Shown here piece by piece: positions 28,298 through 37,208 of a stretch of 38,175 bases of DNA. The number at the start of each line of letters is the position of its first letter. The first letter of the stretch is position 1. The notes beneath the pieces are model-generated. The model did not search any database. It was given only the letters and a program-made list of their open reading frames with translations, and was not told where the DNA came from. The translations under genes were made by a program, and so were the position numbers. Source of the stretch: Campylobacterota bacterium (lineage in GTDB: Bacteria > Campylobacterota > Campylobacteria > Campylobacterales > Sulfurovaceae); assembly GCA_034722955.1 (NCBI GenBank), contig JAYEOM010000085.1, forward strand, positions 1 to 38,175, in the 5' to 3' direction.

Positions 28298-29713
28298 ATG
28301 ATCTATCTCAACCTTATCGCCTATCTTCTCTTTGTGGGGATGATGGGGTACTACTTTGTAACCAATCTCCAATGGTATAGCTACAGACTCGAACGGGTTA
28401 TCTTCCACCATACCAAAGTCTGGTGGCACTTTGTCTACTTCTTGATACCTTTTGTACTCTATGAGTTGACTACTGCTCTGAGTCTTGGACTCTATGGTTT
28501 TGTAGTTGTATTGCTGTATACTCCGCTCTTTATATTTTGGTTTAGAGGGTTAGATAAAAAACTGGTCTTTACAGGCAGGGTAAAGAGATTTTTTGCAGCT
28601 CTGTATCTCTTTGGTATATTTATCGCTTTTGCGTTTCACTTTTTCTCTATATTTCTTCCCATCATGCTAGCGTATCTCTCCTCTGTGATGATAGAGAAGA
28701 TACTCTTTAGCGGCTTTGAGAGAAGAGCAGAGAAGAGGTTGGAGTCTATGGATGATATGGTCGTTGTAGGTGTTACGGCAAGTTATGGCAAGACTAGTAT
28801 CAAGAACTTCATAGCACATCTGCTCTCGGCAAAGTATCGTGTCTACGCTACACCCAGATCTGTCAATACCTTTGGTGGAGTTATCAAAGATATCAATGAA
28901 GATCTGCCTGAAGATAGTGAAGTTTATGTAGTGGAGATGGGTGCGAGAGGGGAGGGGGATATCGCAGAGATTGCGACATTTGTCAACCCTCACTATGCTA
29001 TCGTAGGCAAGATAGGACCAGCTCATATAGAGTACTTTGGAACATTGGAAAATATCCGCAATACCAAGATGGAGATCCTCAGAAGTGATCGCCTCAAAGA
29101 GGCATGGGTAGATCAGAGTGCCAATATCAAACCAGCAGATCATATACACATGTTTGGTCAAGATATCAAGGATATCAAAGCTACACTCGATAGTACCAGC
29201 TTCAGGCTAGATGATATCCTATATCATGCCAATATCTTGGGGTCATTCAATGCTATAAATTTAGCAGCTGCCATCAAAGTTGCCAAAGCATTGGGGTTAA
29301 ATGATACAGAGATAGAGGAGGGGCTGGCTACTCTCGCACCTGTCGCCCACCGTCTACAGCGTATCGATGCTGGTGGCAAAGTGATCTTGGATGATAGTTA
29401 TAATGGCAATATAGATGGGATGATGGCATCCTTTGATCTAGTGAGTAGCTATGAGGGTAGAAAGGTTGTCATCACTCCAGGTCTAGTTGAGGTCGATGAG
29501 GAGCTCAATATAGAGGTTGCCAAGAGAGTAGATGAAGTTTTTGATCTAGTCATAGTCACAGGAGACCTCAACTATAACATATTTAAAGAGCACATCAACC
29601 CAGACAAACTAAAAAAACTCTCCAGTAAAGAGGATATGGAGGAGATGCTTGTGACAGAGACAATGGCAGGAGATCTGATACTCTTCGCCAATGATGCACC
29701 AAGTTTTATATAA
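28298..29713 (+). CDS. murF: UDP-MurNAc-tripeptide--D-Ala-D-Ala ligase with an N-terminal membrane region
   Basis: GVTASYGKTS, SVNT..G, VEMGAR, HIEYFG, HRL and DDSYNGN. Hydrophobic N-terminal extension typical of Campylobacterota MurF. Confidence 0.9.
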   Translation: MIYLNLIAYLLFVGMMGYYFVTNLQWYSYRLERVIFHHTKVWWHFVYFLIPFVLYELTTALSLGLYGFVVVLLYTPLFIFWFRGLDKKLVFTGRVKRFFAALYLFGIFIAFAFHFFSIFLPIMLAYLSSVMIEKILFSGFERRAEKRLESMDDMVVVGVTASYGKTSIKNFIAHLLSAKYRVYATPRSVNTFGGVIKDINEDLPEDSEVYVVEMGARGEGDIAEIATFVNPHYAIVGKIGPAHIEYFGTLENIRNTKMEILRSDRLKEAWVDQSANIKPADHIHMFGQDIKDIKATLDSTSFRLDDILYHANILGSFNAINLAAAIKVAKALGLNDTEIEEGLATLAPVAHRLQRIDAGGKVILDDSYNGNIDGMMASFDLVSSYEGRKVVITPGLVEVDEELNIEVAKRVDEVFDLVIVTGDLNYNIFKEHINPDKLKKLSSKEDMEEMLVTETMAGDLILFANDAPSFI

Positions 29714-29776
29714 AAATTAAGTAAAGGATTTGCAATAGTAGTATCCTATATCAAACTCTATATAGCTTCAGCATCA

Positions 29777-30517
29777 GTGACATTCCTGATCTTTTTTGGC
29801 TGGATGAGTCTCTACTCATATGAGTGTTATTCACTACTGTTGCCACTGCTTGTTCTGCTGGTGATCAGTTACAGTTTTATAGAGCTGAAGATGCAGTCTA
29901 GGCTATGTTTTAGAGACTGCTTTTTTGAGAAAAACTCTATTTTTGCCAAGATACTATCCTCTAAAATAACAGTAAGCATCTTCTATACTATCATCTCTAT
30001 AATGATGACTGCATCAGCACTCACCGCCTCTATGCAACTGCAATCTTCATTGTGGTTTTATCTATTGTCTATACATATCATCTTGATGATTTTAGTATAT
30101 AGAGTGCTAAATCATATCTTTAGGAGTTCTATCCATCTCTCCTACAGGAGGTTGATGGCTAGAGAGTGGAGTATCAATATCATGGCACTTTTGCTTATAT
30201 TGGTTGTTTTGTACCTCTACTATAGCGGATATGCTCCTGACTATTTGTCGGATGGACTAGGAGAGTCAGTACTCAATGCATCAAACTCTATCTCTTCAGA
30301 GTGTAGATATACAAACAAGATACTAAAGATTGAGAAAGAGATCGATGCTGCATTTTGGTGGGTTGTCATCAATAGTGGAGATCAGATAGATTATAGACCC
30401 CTCAAGATCGCCTCTTGGTCTCTATTTTTACTCTTTAACAGTTTGGCAATTTTGGGTATCAATAGATTTATAGCCCAGATAGTCCATATGATAGATCAAA
30501 TATTTAAAAGAGGATAG
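29777..30517 (+). CDS. Hypothetical multi-pass membrane protein
   Basis: 246-aa ORF with about 6-7 hydrophobic segments. The true start may be the in-frame ATA at 29735, which follows an AAGGA RBS. Confidence 0.75.
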   Translation: MTFLIFFGWMSLYSYECYSLLLPLLVLLVISYSFIELKMQSRLCFRDCFFEKNSIFAKILSSKITVSIFYTIISIMMTASALTASMQLQSSLWFYLLSIHIILMILVYRVLNHIFRSSIHLSYRRLMAREWSINIMALLLILVVLYLYYSGYAPDYLSDGLGESVLNASNSISSECRYTNKILKIEKEIDAAFWWVVINSGDQIDYRPLKIASWSLFLLFNSLAILGINRFIAQIVHMIDQIFKRG

Positions 30518-30518
30518 A

Positions 30519-31613
30519 ATGTCTAACGAACCTATAGATAAGATAGAGAGCAAAAAACTATCTATAACTGAAAAACTATTTTGGATCACTATATTGGTGC
30601 TGTTTATTATCTATACATCTCTGCAGATTGTAGCCTATACAAATGTAAAAAAGAGTGAAACTCCTCTAGGGCAAGGTAGTGTTGTCGCCAAAGAGATAGT
30701 GGATATCGTAGAGATGATTACTGTTCGTGATGATACAATACAGAAAAACTTGACTCAACCAAGAGCAGTAGATGATATCAAAAAAAGTTTGACTCTAGGG
30801 GTGAAAAACCTAACGACAAATATTGATGAGAGTGTTGATAAGCTATTTGTTCCGATCTATGGCAATGTAGATAGTTTTTTGGATTTTCACTACTCAGTGA
30901 TAGGTGAATATAGTGAGCTTGGAGCAGCGGTCACAGGTAAAATAGAGCAGACAATCCAAGAGAAGATTTTTGGTTCTGACTTTGCTGATGTGCTAGAGTC
31001 AGTGACAGAAGATCTACAATATGCACTCAATGAAGAGCTAGCTACTCATCAATCCACTATTGATTATGAGGCTACCAAAGATATAGATAGAGAGCTAAAT
31101 GCAGATATATTAAATAGACTCAAAGTAGATATAGCAGAGAGGGTTTCACTGCAAACGAACAAGATAGTGACACTTCTGGGTGTAGGTGTAGGCTACAAGA
31201 TGGTAGCAGGTATTCTAAGTACAAAGATAGCAGCCAAACTAAGCAGTAAACTTGCCATCAAAGGGGCAGTCAAGGCGGGCAGTAAAGCAGCAGGAGCAGG
31301 TGCAGGAGCAGCAGCTGGTCTGTTGTGCGGACCTGGTGTCATCATCTGTGCTCCTCTTTTGGCTTTGGGTGCTTGGTTTGGCACTGATGCCATACTTGTA
31401 ACAGGTGATGAGTATCTCCATAGAGATGAGTTCAAGAGTGAGATCATCGTAGCTATAGATGGACAAAAACAGGCACTTAAAGAGCACTATTATGAGATAT
31501 ATATACCAGCATTTACTCAACTGTCAGATCAGATAGTAGAACAATACAGAGTTGCACCTGTAGAGAAGAGGATCAAAAAGAGAGTCAAAGAGCATATGGA
31601 AAGTCACATTTAG
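30519..31613 (+). CDS. Hypothetical membrane-anchored helical protein with a Gly/Ala-rich hydrophobic hairpin
   Basis: 364 aa with a GAGGA RBS, an N-terminal TM helix and KAAGAGAGAAAGLLCGPGVIICAPLLALGAWFG. Starts 1 nt after the upstream stop. Confidence 0.8.
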   Translation: MSNEPIDKIESKKLSITEKLFWITILVLFIIYTSLQIVAYTNVKKSETPLGQGSVVAKEIVDIVEMITVRDDTIQKNLTQPRAVDDIKKSLTLGVKNLTTNIDESVDKLFVPIYGNVDSFLDFHYSVIGEYSELGAAVTGKIEQTIQEKIFGSDFADVLESVTEDLQYALNEELATHQSTIDYEATKDIDRELNADILNRLKVDIAERVSLQTNKIVTLLGVGVGYKMVAGILSTKIAAKLSSKLAIKGAVKAGSKAAGAGAGAAAGLLCGPGVIICAPLLALGAWFGTDAILVTGDEYLHRDEFKSEIIVAIDGQKQALKEHYYEIYIPAFTQLSDQIVEQYRVAPVEKRIKKRVKEHMESHI

Positions 31614-31653
31614 ATATAATTTCACCTATCAATCAATATGGAGAACAGTAACT

Positions 31654-32610
31654 ATGAAAAAAGCATTAGGACTCATTATAATCGTTCTGATTATACTCTT
31701 GGCTCTACTATCTTATCAAAAAAGCACTCAACCATCTAAGATAGGGTCTGATACAGTGGTTACTACTATCTATCCACTCTACTTTATAACAAAAAGTATC
31801 GCCGGAGATGCGATCCAAGTAAAGCGATTGATCAAGCCTGGAAGTGAGATACACTCATTTTCGCCGACACCTGCGGATATGGTAGAGTTGAATGGAGCTG
31901 ATCTGCTGATCACTCTAGGCAAAGATCTGGAGCCTTGGGTAGGCAAGCTAGCCACAGCAACCAATCTAAATATGCTATCTCTTGAAGATGATTTGAAACT
32001 GATTCGCAATGGAGAGGAGCATCATCATGATCATGCAGAGCATGATCATGGGTCTCACGCAAAAGAGTCTCACAGCAAGGGGGGGATCAACCCTCATGTA
32101 TGGCTTGATTTTGATAATGATATCAAGATGATAGAGGTGATCAATAGACAGCTCTGCGAACTCTACCCAGATCAATCTGCACTATTTGAGAAAAATGCCA
32201 AAGCACTTGCAGGTGCATTTGAAAAACTTGAGAGGGCTTATAGTGATGGTTTAAAAGAGTGTAAGCAGCATACTCTTTTAGTGGGGCATGATGCTTTTGG
32301 TTATCTTGAGAAGAGATATGGTTTTGAGACCAAGAGTATCATGGGTGTGTTTGCCCACTCCCGTCCAGATGCAGCAAAGATCGCAAAACTATCCAAGATG
32401 ATCAAAGCCAAAGAGTTGCGTTATCTCTTTGCTGATCCTATAGAGTCTAGCAAAAGTGCTTTTCAGTTGGCTAGAGATATGCACTTGAAACTTGAACCTC
32501 TCCATACACTGGGAAATATCTCTCTCAAAGATGAGCAGAGGGGAGAGGATATGATGACACTTCTCTATTTCGATCTCAAGCAGTTTCGAAAAGGGCTTGA
32601 ATGCCCGTAA
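31654..32610 (+). CDS. znuA: Zn/Mn ABC transporter substrate-binding protein (ZnuA/AdcA-like)
   Basis: EIHSFSPTP, His-rich loop EEHHHDHAEHDHGSH, NPHVWL and HDAFGY. Confidence 0.88.
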   Translation: MKKALGLIIIVLIILLALLSYQKSTQPSKIGSDTVVTTIYPLYFITKSIAGDAIQVKRLIKPGSEIHSFSPTPADMVELNGADLLITLGKDLEPWVGKLATATNLNMLSLEDDLKLIRNGEEHHHDHAEHDHGSHAKESHSKGGINPHVWLDFDNDIKMIEVINRQLCELYPDQSALFEKNAKALAGAFEKLERAYSDGLKECKQHTLLVGHDAFGYLEKRYGFETKSIMGVFAHSRPDAAKIAKLSKMIKAKELRYLFADPIESSKSAFQLARDMHLKLEPLHTLGNISLKDEQRGEDMMTLLYFDLKQFRKGLECP

Positions 32611-33356
32611 TCCAAGTCGAAAATCTAGAGTATCGTGTAGATGATCAGGAGATATTGACCGATATCTCCTTTGGTGTGGAGCAGGGAGAGTATGTCGCAC
32701 TTCTAGGGCCCAATGGCGGAGGCAAAAGTACACTAGTCAAACTGATTTTGGGATTGATCAAGCCGACAAGTGGTAGGATCACTATCTTTGATACACCCAA
32801 AGAGCAGTTTAAATCTTGGTACAAGATCGGGTATGTACCTCAAAATGTCTCTCTTTTTGATAGTAACTTTCCTCTAAGTGTCTATGAGACAGTCTCTCTA
32901 GGGTTGGCAAGCAAAAAGAGCTGGTTTAGTTTTTTAACCGATAGCGACAAGGTACAGATAGAGAAGGCTATCGAGATGGCATCCATCGGAGAGCTGAGAG
33001 AAAAAAATCTATCCGAACTCTCCGGAGGGCAACGTCAGAGAGTGATGATAGCTAGAGCATTGGTCTGCGAGCCTGAGATGTTGATACTAGATGAGCCTAG
33101 TACAGGTGTTGATATAGCTTCACAGCATAAATTTTATGAATTTCTCAAGAGACTAAACAGAGAGAAAAATCTTACTATTATCTTCATCACACATGATTTG
33201 GGTGTGATAGCTGATGATGTGAGTCATGTATTGGCAGTAAATCAGAAACTCATGTATGCTGACAGTGCCAAAGATCTATTGAGCTGCGAAGCTATGACAG
33301 ATCTATATGGTACCAAGGCACATGTTGTTCGTCACTGTGGAGAGCAGGATGTTTGA
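32601..33356 (+). CDS. znuC: Zn/Mn ABC transporter ATP-binding protein
   Basis: GPNGGGKST, IGYVPQ, LSGGQRQRV, LILDEP, ITHDL and a C-terminal H..H motif. Confidence 0.9.
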   Translation: MPVIQVENLEYRVDDQEILTDISFGVEQGEYVALLGPNGGGKSTLVKLILGLIKPTSGRITIFDTPKEQFKSWYKIGYVPQNVSLFDSNFPLSVYETVSLGLASKKSWFSFLTDSDKVQIEKAIEMASIGELREKNLSELSGGQRQRVMIARALVCEPEMLILDEPSTGVDIASQHKFYEFLKRLNREKNLTIIFITHDLGVIADDVSHVLAVNQKLMYADSAKDLLSCEAMTDLYGTKAHVVRHCGEQDV

Positions 33357-34143
33357 GATTTTTGATTATGACTTTATGCAGAGAGCTTTTATCGTTGGGA
33401 TTGTACTTTCGATCTTGACTGCGGTACTAGGGAGTTTTATCGTATTGAAGCGTTATGCTATGCTGCCGGATGCTCTCTCTCATATCGCTCTGCTTGGTGT
33501 GGGGATAGGACTCGTGACGCATACCTCTCCTATCTATGCCCCGATCATAGTCGCAGTCTTTGCAGGTATGGCGATAGAGTATCTTCGGTATAAGAAGCAC
33601 CTCTATTCAGATGCCATACTCTCTATCTTTCTCTCCGGAGCATTGGCTATGGCTGTAGTCCTGATCAACCTATCTGATGGGTTCAACGCTTCACTCTTCT
33701 CTTACCTCTTTGGCTCTATCACTGCGGTGAGTGACGATGAGATGATGATCACAGTAGGATTTGCGGTGGTAGCGTTACTTCTGCTGCTAGGGAGCTATCG
33801 CAAACTACTTTTTGTGACACTAGATGAGGAGAGTGCAAAAGCGAGTGGTATCCATGTCTTTTGGCTTAACCTTATGTTGGTTGTTCTCAGTGCGATTACT
33901 GTTGCATTGGCGATGCGTATCGTAGGCATACTGCTGATAGGAGCTTTGATGGTACTGCCTATCTCTACAGCACTGCTATACAGAGAGAACTTTTTCAAGA
34001 CACTCTTTATGGCGATACTATTCTCTCTAGTTAGTGTTGTTGCCGGTCTTTTATGCTCATTTTATCTCGGTATCTCATCTGGTGCTTCGATCGTATTGGT
34101 GGCATTGAGTTTTTTTGTGTTGTCTCTCTTTTTAAATCTATAA
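33349..34143 (+). CDS. znuB: Zn/Mn ABC transporter permease
   Basis: FMQRA, DALSHIAL.G, YLFGSI, DEESA...G and VG.LLI.ALMVLP. Start moved to ATG 33349. Confidence 0.9.
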   Translation: MFEIFDYDFMQRAFIVGIVLSILTAVLGSFIVLKRYAMLPDALSHIALLGVGIGLVTHTSPIYAPIIVAVFAGMAIEYLRYKKHLYSDAILSIFLSGALAMAVVLINLSDGFNASLFSYLFGSITAVSDDEMMITVGFAVVALLLLLGSYRKLLFVTLDEESAKASGIHVFWLNLMLVVLSAITVALAMRIVGILLIGALMVLPISTALLYRENFFKTLFMAILFSLVSVVAGLLCSFYLGISSGASIVLVALSFFVLSLFLNL

Positions 34144-34167
34144 CCATAGAGAGACAACTGCACAAAG

Positions 34168-34203
34168 GTTCATACTCTGTTCATATTGAAAGTGTATACT
34201 TCT
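34168..34203 (+). promoter_or_regulatory. Putative OmpR-family regulator box (TTCAT-N6-TTCAT) with a TATACT -10 upstream of the EF-hand gene
   Basis: GTTCATA direct repeat with an 11-bp period (34168, 34179), followed by TATACT at 34195. 28/36 identical to 37146-37181. Confidence 0.72.
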
Positions 34204-34312
34204 AATGTAACAATAGCTGAGTTATTGAGTTAGGAGCAGGAGCCTTTATCAAAGTGTAGTTCCGCCCCTTGGACTTAATGATAGATTTTGCATTTCTCAA
34301 GGAGGAGATAAA

Positions 34313-34714
34313 ATGAAACGATTTTTAACAGTGATGGTCTCTACTGTAGCTCTTTTGGTTACACCTATTTTGGCAGTGGAGTATACAGGTAGAGGTCAAG
34401 GTGCCCAAGGTCAAGGCACAAAAGGTCAAGGCACAAAAGGTCAAGGTCGAAATATGTCTACATATCAAGAGTTTGATATCAACAAAGATGGCAAAGTGAG
34501 TAAAAAGGAGTTTGACGAGGCACGAACCAAGCGAATGACTGCTCGTGCAAATGAGGGTAGAGCGATGAGAAATGCCGGCAATGCTCCTGCTTTTAGTGCC
34601 GTTGACACAGATAAAGATGGCTACATGAGCAGAGAAGAGTTCCAAGTCTATCAGCAAACAAATAGACAAAACAGACAAAATAGTGGCAGAGGATCCGGCA
34701 GAGGCAATCAGTAG
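34313..34714 (+). CDS. Secreted/periplasmic EF-hand protein with Gly-rich tails
   Basis: Strong AAGGAGGAG RBS, a signal peptide and two EF-hand loops (DINKDGKVSKKE and DTDKDGYMSREE). Confidence 0.88.
   Translation: MKRFLTVMVSTVALLVTPILAVEYTGRGQGAQGQGTKGQGTKGQGRNMSTYQEFDINKDGKVSKKEFDEARTKRMTARANEGRAMRNAGNAPAFSAVDTDKDGYMSREEFQVYQQTNRQNRQNSGRGSGRGNQ
34393..34446. repeat. 15-bp tandem repeat (GQGxx pentapeptide)
   Basis: AGGTCAAGG at 34393, 34408, 34423 and 34438. Confidence 0.85.
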
Positions 34715-34717
34715 TAT

Positions 34718-35389
34718 TTGATGATACAGCGAAAGATACTGTTGCTTGAGGATGATCTGCAGTTGAGTGATACGGTAAAGCAGTTTCTTGAGTATCATGC
34801 TTATGAGGTGTTGATAGCGTATGACTCCTATCAGGCAAAAGAGAAGCTCTACGAGACGCATGTTGATCTCATGCTTCTAGATATCAAGGTGCCTTTTCAA
34901 AATGGTTTTGACCTCTTGAGCGATCTACGCAGAGATGGCAACAGTACCCCGGCGATCTTCATCACTTCACTCAATAGCGTTGAAGATGTAACTAGAGGTT
35001 TTGATGTTGGTTGTGATGACTATATTAGAAAGCCTTTTGCTCTCAAAGAGCTACTAGTGCGCATAGAGGCACAACTCAAACGACAATACAAAACACGAGA
35101 AGATTTAGTATATATAGGTGATGGGTTGCACTTTTATCCTAAAGAGTTTCAACTCTTAAAAGATGGCAAAATATTGCCACTCAAAACAAAAGAGATCAAA
35201 CTTTTAAATCTCTTTCTTGAGCATCCAGATGAGCTGTTGAGTTATGATAAAATATTTGATACTCTTTGGGATTATGATGAAGATCCTAGTAGCGGTTCAT
35301 TGCGAACTTATATCAAAACTATACGCTCATATATTGGCAGAGAGCATATAGAGACAGTGAAAAATATAGGGTATCGTTTTGTATCATAG
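34718..35389 (+). CDS. OmpR/PhoB-family response regulator (DccR/CrdR-like)
   Basis: LLLEDD, LLDIKVP..NG, ITS, DDYIRKPF and a winged helix LRTYIK.IR...IETVKNIGYRF. Start is TTG 34718 or ATG 34721. Confidence 0.95.
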   Translation: MMIQRKILLLEDDLQLSDTVKQFLEYHAYEVLIAYDSYQAKEKLYETHVDLMLLDIKVPFQNGFDLLSDLRRDGNSTPAIFITSLNSVEDVTRGFDVGCDDYIRKPFALKELLVRIEAQLKRQYKTREDLVYIGDGLHFYPKEFQLLKDGKILPLKTKEIKLLNLFLEHPDELLSYDKIFDTLWDYDEDPSSGSLRTYIKTIRSYIGREHIETVKNIGYRFVS

Positions 35390-36536
35390 TGAAAAGAGGA
35401 GTCTCTACCGTTTTATAACGATCTATCTCATCTCAACTTTTATACTATTCTTCATAGGATTAACCATCTTTTATGCCTACGAGAGACATAACCTCCTCGA
35501 TCAGCAGAGAGAGTCACTAGAGCGAGAGGGTGACCGACTCCGTCATGAGCTTATGGTACTGCATCAACAATTTACAGAGAGGCTTCCTCTCCCTCAAAAA
35601 AAACCTTTTGATATTCTACTCTTTGAGATAGATAAAAAACTCATTTTCAAAACCTTCGAACCCCCATCAACTATAGATTTTATGCAAGATTTTTATATAG
35701 AAAAAAATAGTATCTTTCATGTCAAAAAAATAGATCCCTACTACTTGGGTGTTGCTTATCTGGTACTAAAAACACCTATAGATCAGAGCAGGATTGTGGA
35801 TCTGCAAAAGATGATACTCCTGTTTATGCTGGGTGCTGGGGTTTTCTTTTTGATTATCGGTTATTTTCTTGGGCGGCTTTTTGTAGCTCCAATGCGTGAA
35901 TCCATAGAGATGTTGAATAGATTTATCCAAGATACGACGCATGAGCTCAATACCCCCATCAGTACTATCCTAACCAACCTAGAGTTGATGGATACACTTG
36001 AGAAGTGCAATGCAAAAAAGGAGATGCAGCGCATAGAGATCGCTTCAAAGACGCTGAGCCGTATCTATGATGATCTCACCTATCTGAAACTGCACCATAA
36101 CTATCATAGGGATATTAAACCTCTCAACCTCTCTACATTTATAGAGGAGCGACTACTCTACTTCTCCTCTGCTATAGAGGCGAAAAAGATCACAGTTGTG
36201 GATGATATAGTGCATGATATCATACTAGAGATAGATCGAGATGATGCGACAAGAGTTATAGACAATCTCATATCCAACGCTATCAAATATAATCATATAG
36301 GTGGCAAGTTGCATATCTATCTTGATAACAATATATTGAAGGTCAAAGATAGTGGTATAGGGATAGCAGATGGGGAGATCAAAAATATATTTGATAGATT
36401 TAGCCGTGCCAACCAAAATGAGGGTGGCTTTGGGATAGGACTCAATATCGTTTATCAGATTGCCAAGGCTTATGATTTTGATATTTCGATCAGATCAAAA
36501 CTAGATATAGAGACGGAGGTAACTATCCAATGGTAA
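35379..36536 (+). CDS. Sensor histidine kinase (DccS/CrdS-like)
   Basis: Two TM helices, H-box DTTHELNTP, N-box NLISNAIKYN, G1 DSGIGI and G2 GFGIGL. Confidence 0.95.
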   Translation: MYHSEKRSLYRFITIYLISTFILFFIGLTIFYAYERHNLLDQQRESLEREGDRLRHELMVLHQQFTERLPLPQKKPFDILLFEIDKKLIFKTFEPPSTIDFMQDFYIEKNSIFHVKKIDPYYLGVAYLVLKTPIDQSRIVDLQKMILLFMLGAGVFFLIIGYFLGRLFVAPMRESIEMLNRFIQDTTHELNTPISTILTNLELMDTLEKCNAKKEMQRIEIASKTLSRIYDDLTYLKLHHNYHRDIKPLNLSTFIEERLLYFSSAIEAKKITVVDDIVHDIILEIDRDDATRVIDNLISNAIKYNHIGGKLHIYLDNNILKVKDSGIGIADGEIKNIFDRFSRANQNEGGFGIGLNIVYQIAKAYDFDISIRSKLDIETEVTIQW

Positions 36537-36886
36537 AAATCATCATATGTATCTGCTTTATGACACTCCCGCTTCTAGGTAGCCAGAAGCTAGTCAAAAC
36601 CACACCATTTGAAAGCGAATGTCTCTCATGCCATCAATCTCAGTCGATCCCTTCAGAACGGATCTATCGCCGCTATCTACACAAATACTCATCCAAGGAG
36701 AGTATAAGGAGGGCGATGTTCTCCTATATTAAAAATCCAGACAGGGAGAATTCGATTATGCCATCACAGTTTTTTGTCAAATTCCCTCTCAAGGAGCCTA
36801 TAGATATAACCGACAAGATACTAAAGAGGCGTATCGATGACTATATACGCTACTATGATGTCAACAAGAGGCTGTTTGTGCCATAG
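36530..36886 (+). CDS. Small exported monohaem c-type cytochrome-like protein
   Basis: Signal-like N-terminus, one CLSCH motif and a candidate distal Met in NSIMP. Overlaps the kinase stop. Confidence 0.7.
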   Translation: MVKIIICICFMTLPLLGSQKLVKTTPFESECLSCHQSQSIPSERIYRRYLHKYSSKESIRRAMFSYIKNPDRENSIMPSQFFVKFPLKEPIDITDKILKRRIDDYIRYYDVNKRLFVP

Positions 36887-37145
36887 GGTAGGGTGTATTT
36901 TCTTTTTCACTATTTTACCTCTATTTGTCACGCAGAGGGTAAGATTTGCAAATTGGGGTTGGGACTGTTATTGGACTACCAAACGCCAAAGTTGCGTCAT
37001 TTGAGTATTTTTATTTTTGCACAACTCCTCAAACCTGCCCCATACTTCTCGCAACAGACCATCTCCTAATCACTAAAACACCACCACTACATCCATCTCA
37101 AAACCTTATGAACCCACCAGAACTGCACCCCTAACTTGGGATATA

Positions 37146-37181
37146 ATTGATACTTGGTTCATATAGAAAAGCTATACTTCT
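37146..37181 (+). promoter_or_regulatory. Second copy of the regulator box with TATACT -10, upstream of the DUF2202 gene
   Basis: ATTGATA-N4-GTTCATA followed by TATACT at the same 16-nt offset as in 34168-34203. Confidence 0.68.
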
Positions 37182-37208
37182 TCTTGAAAATAGATAAAGG
37201 AGAATGAT

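Noticed and set aside
28298..28720. Membrane-spanning N-terminal extension on MurF as a novel fusion
   Set aside because: To my knowledge this is the usual form of MurF in Campylobacterota.
32079..32085. G7 tract in znuA, and A8/T8 tracts in argH and lpxK, as phase-variation sites
   Set aside because: The tracts are short and the ORFs are intact. No poly-G tract of contingency-locus length was seen, even in the capsule genes.
36946..37134. 62-aa ORF between the cytochrome and DUF2202 genes
   Set aside because: It has a TTG start without a convincing RBS, a Pro/Thr/His composition driven by C-rich DNA, and no motifs.
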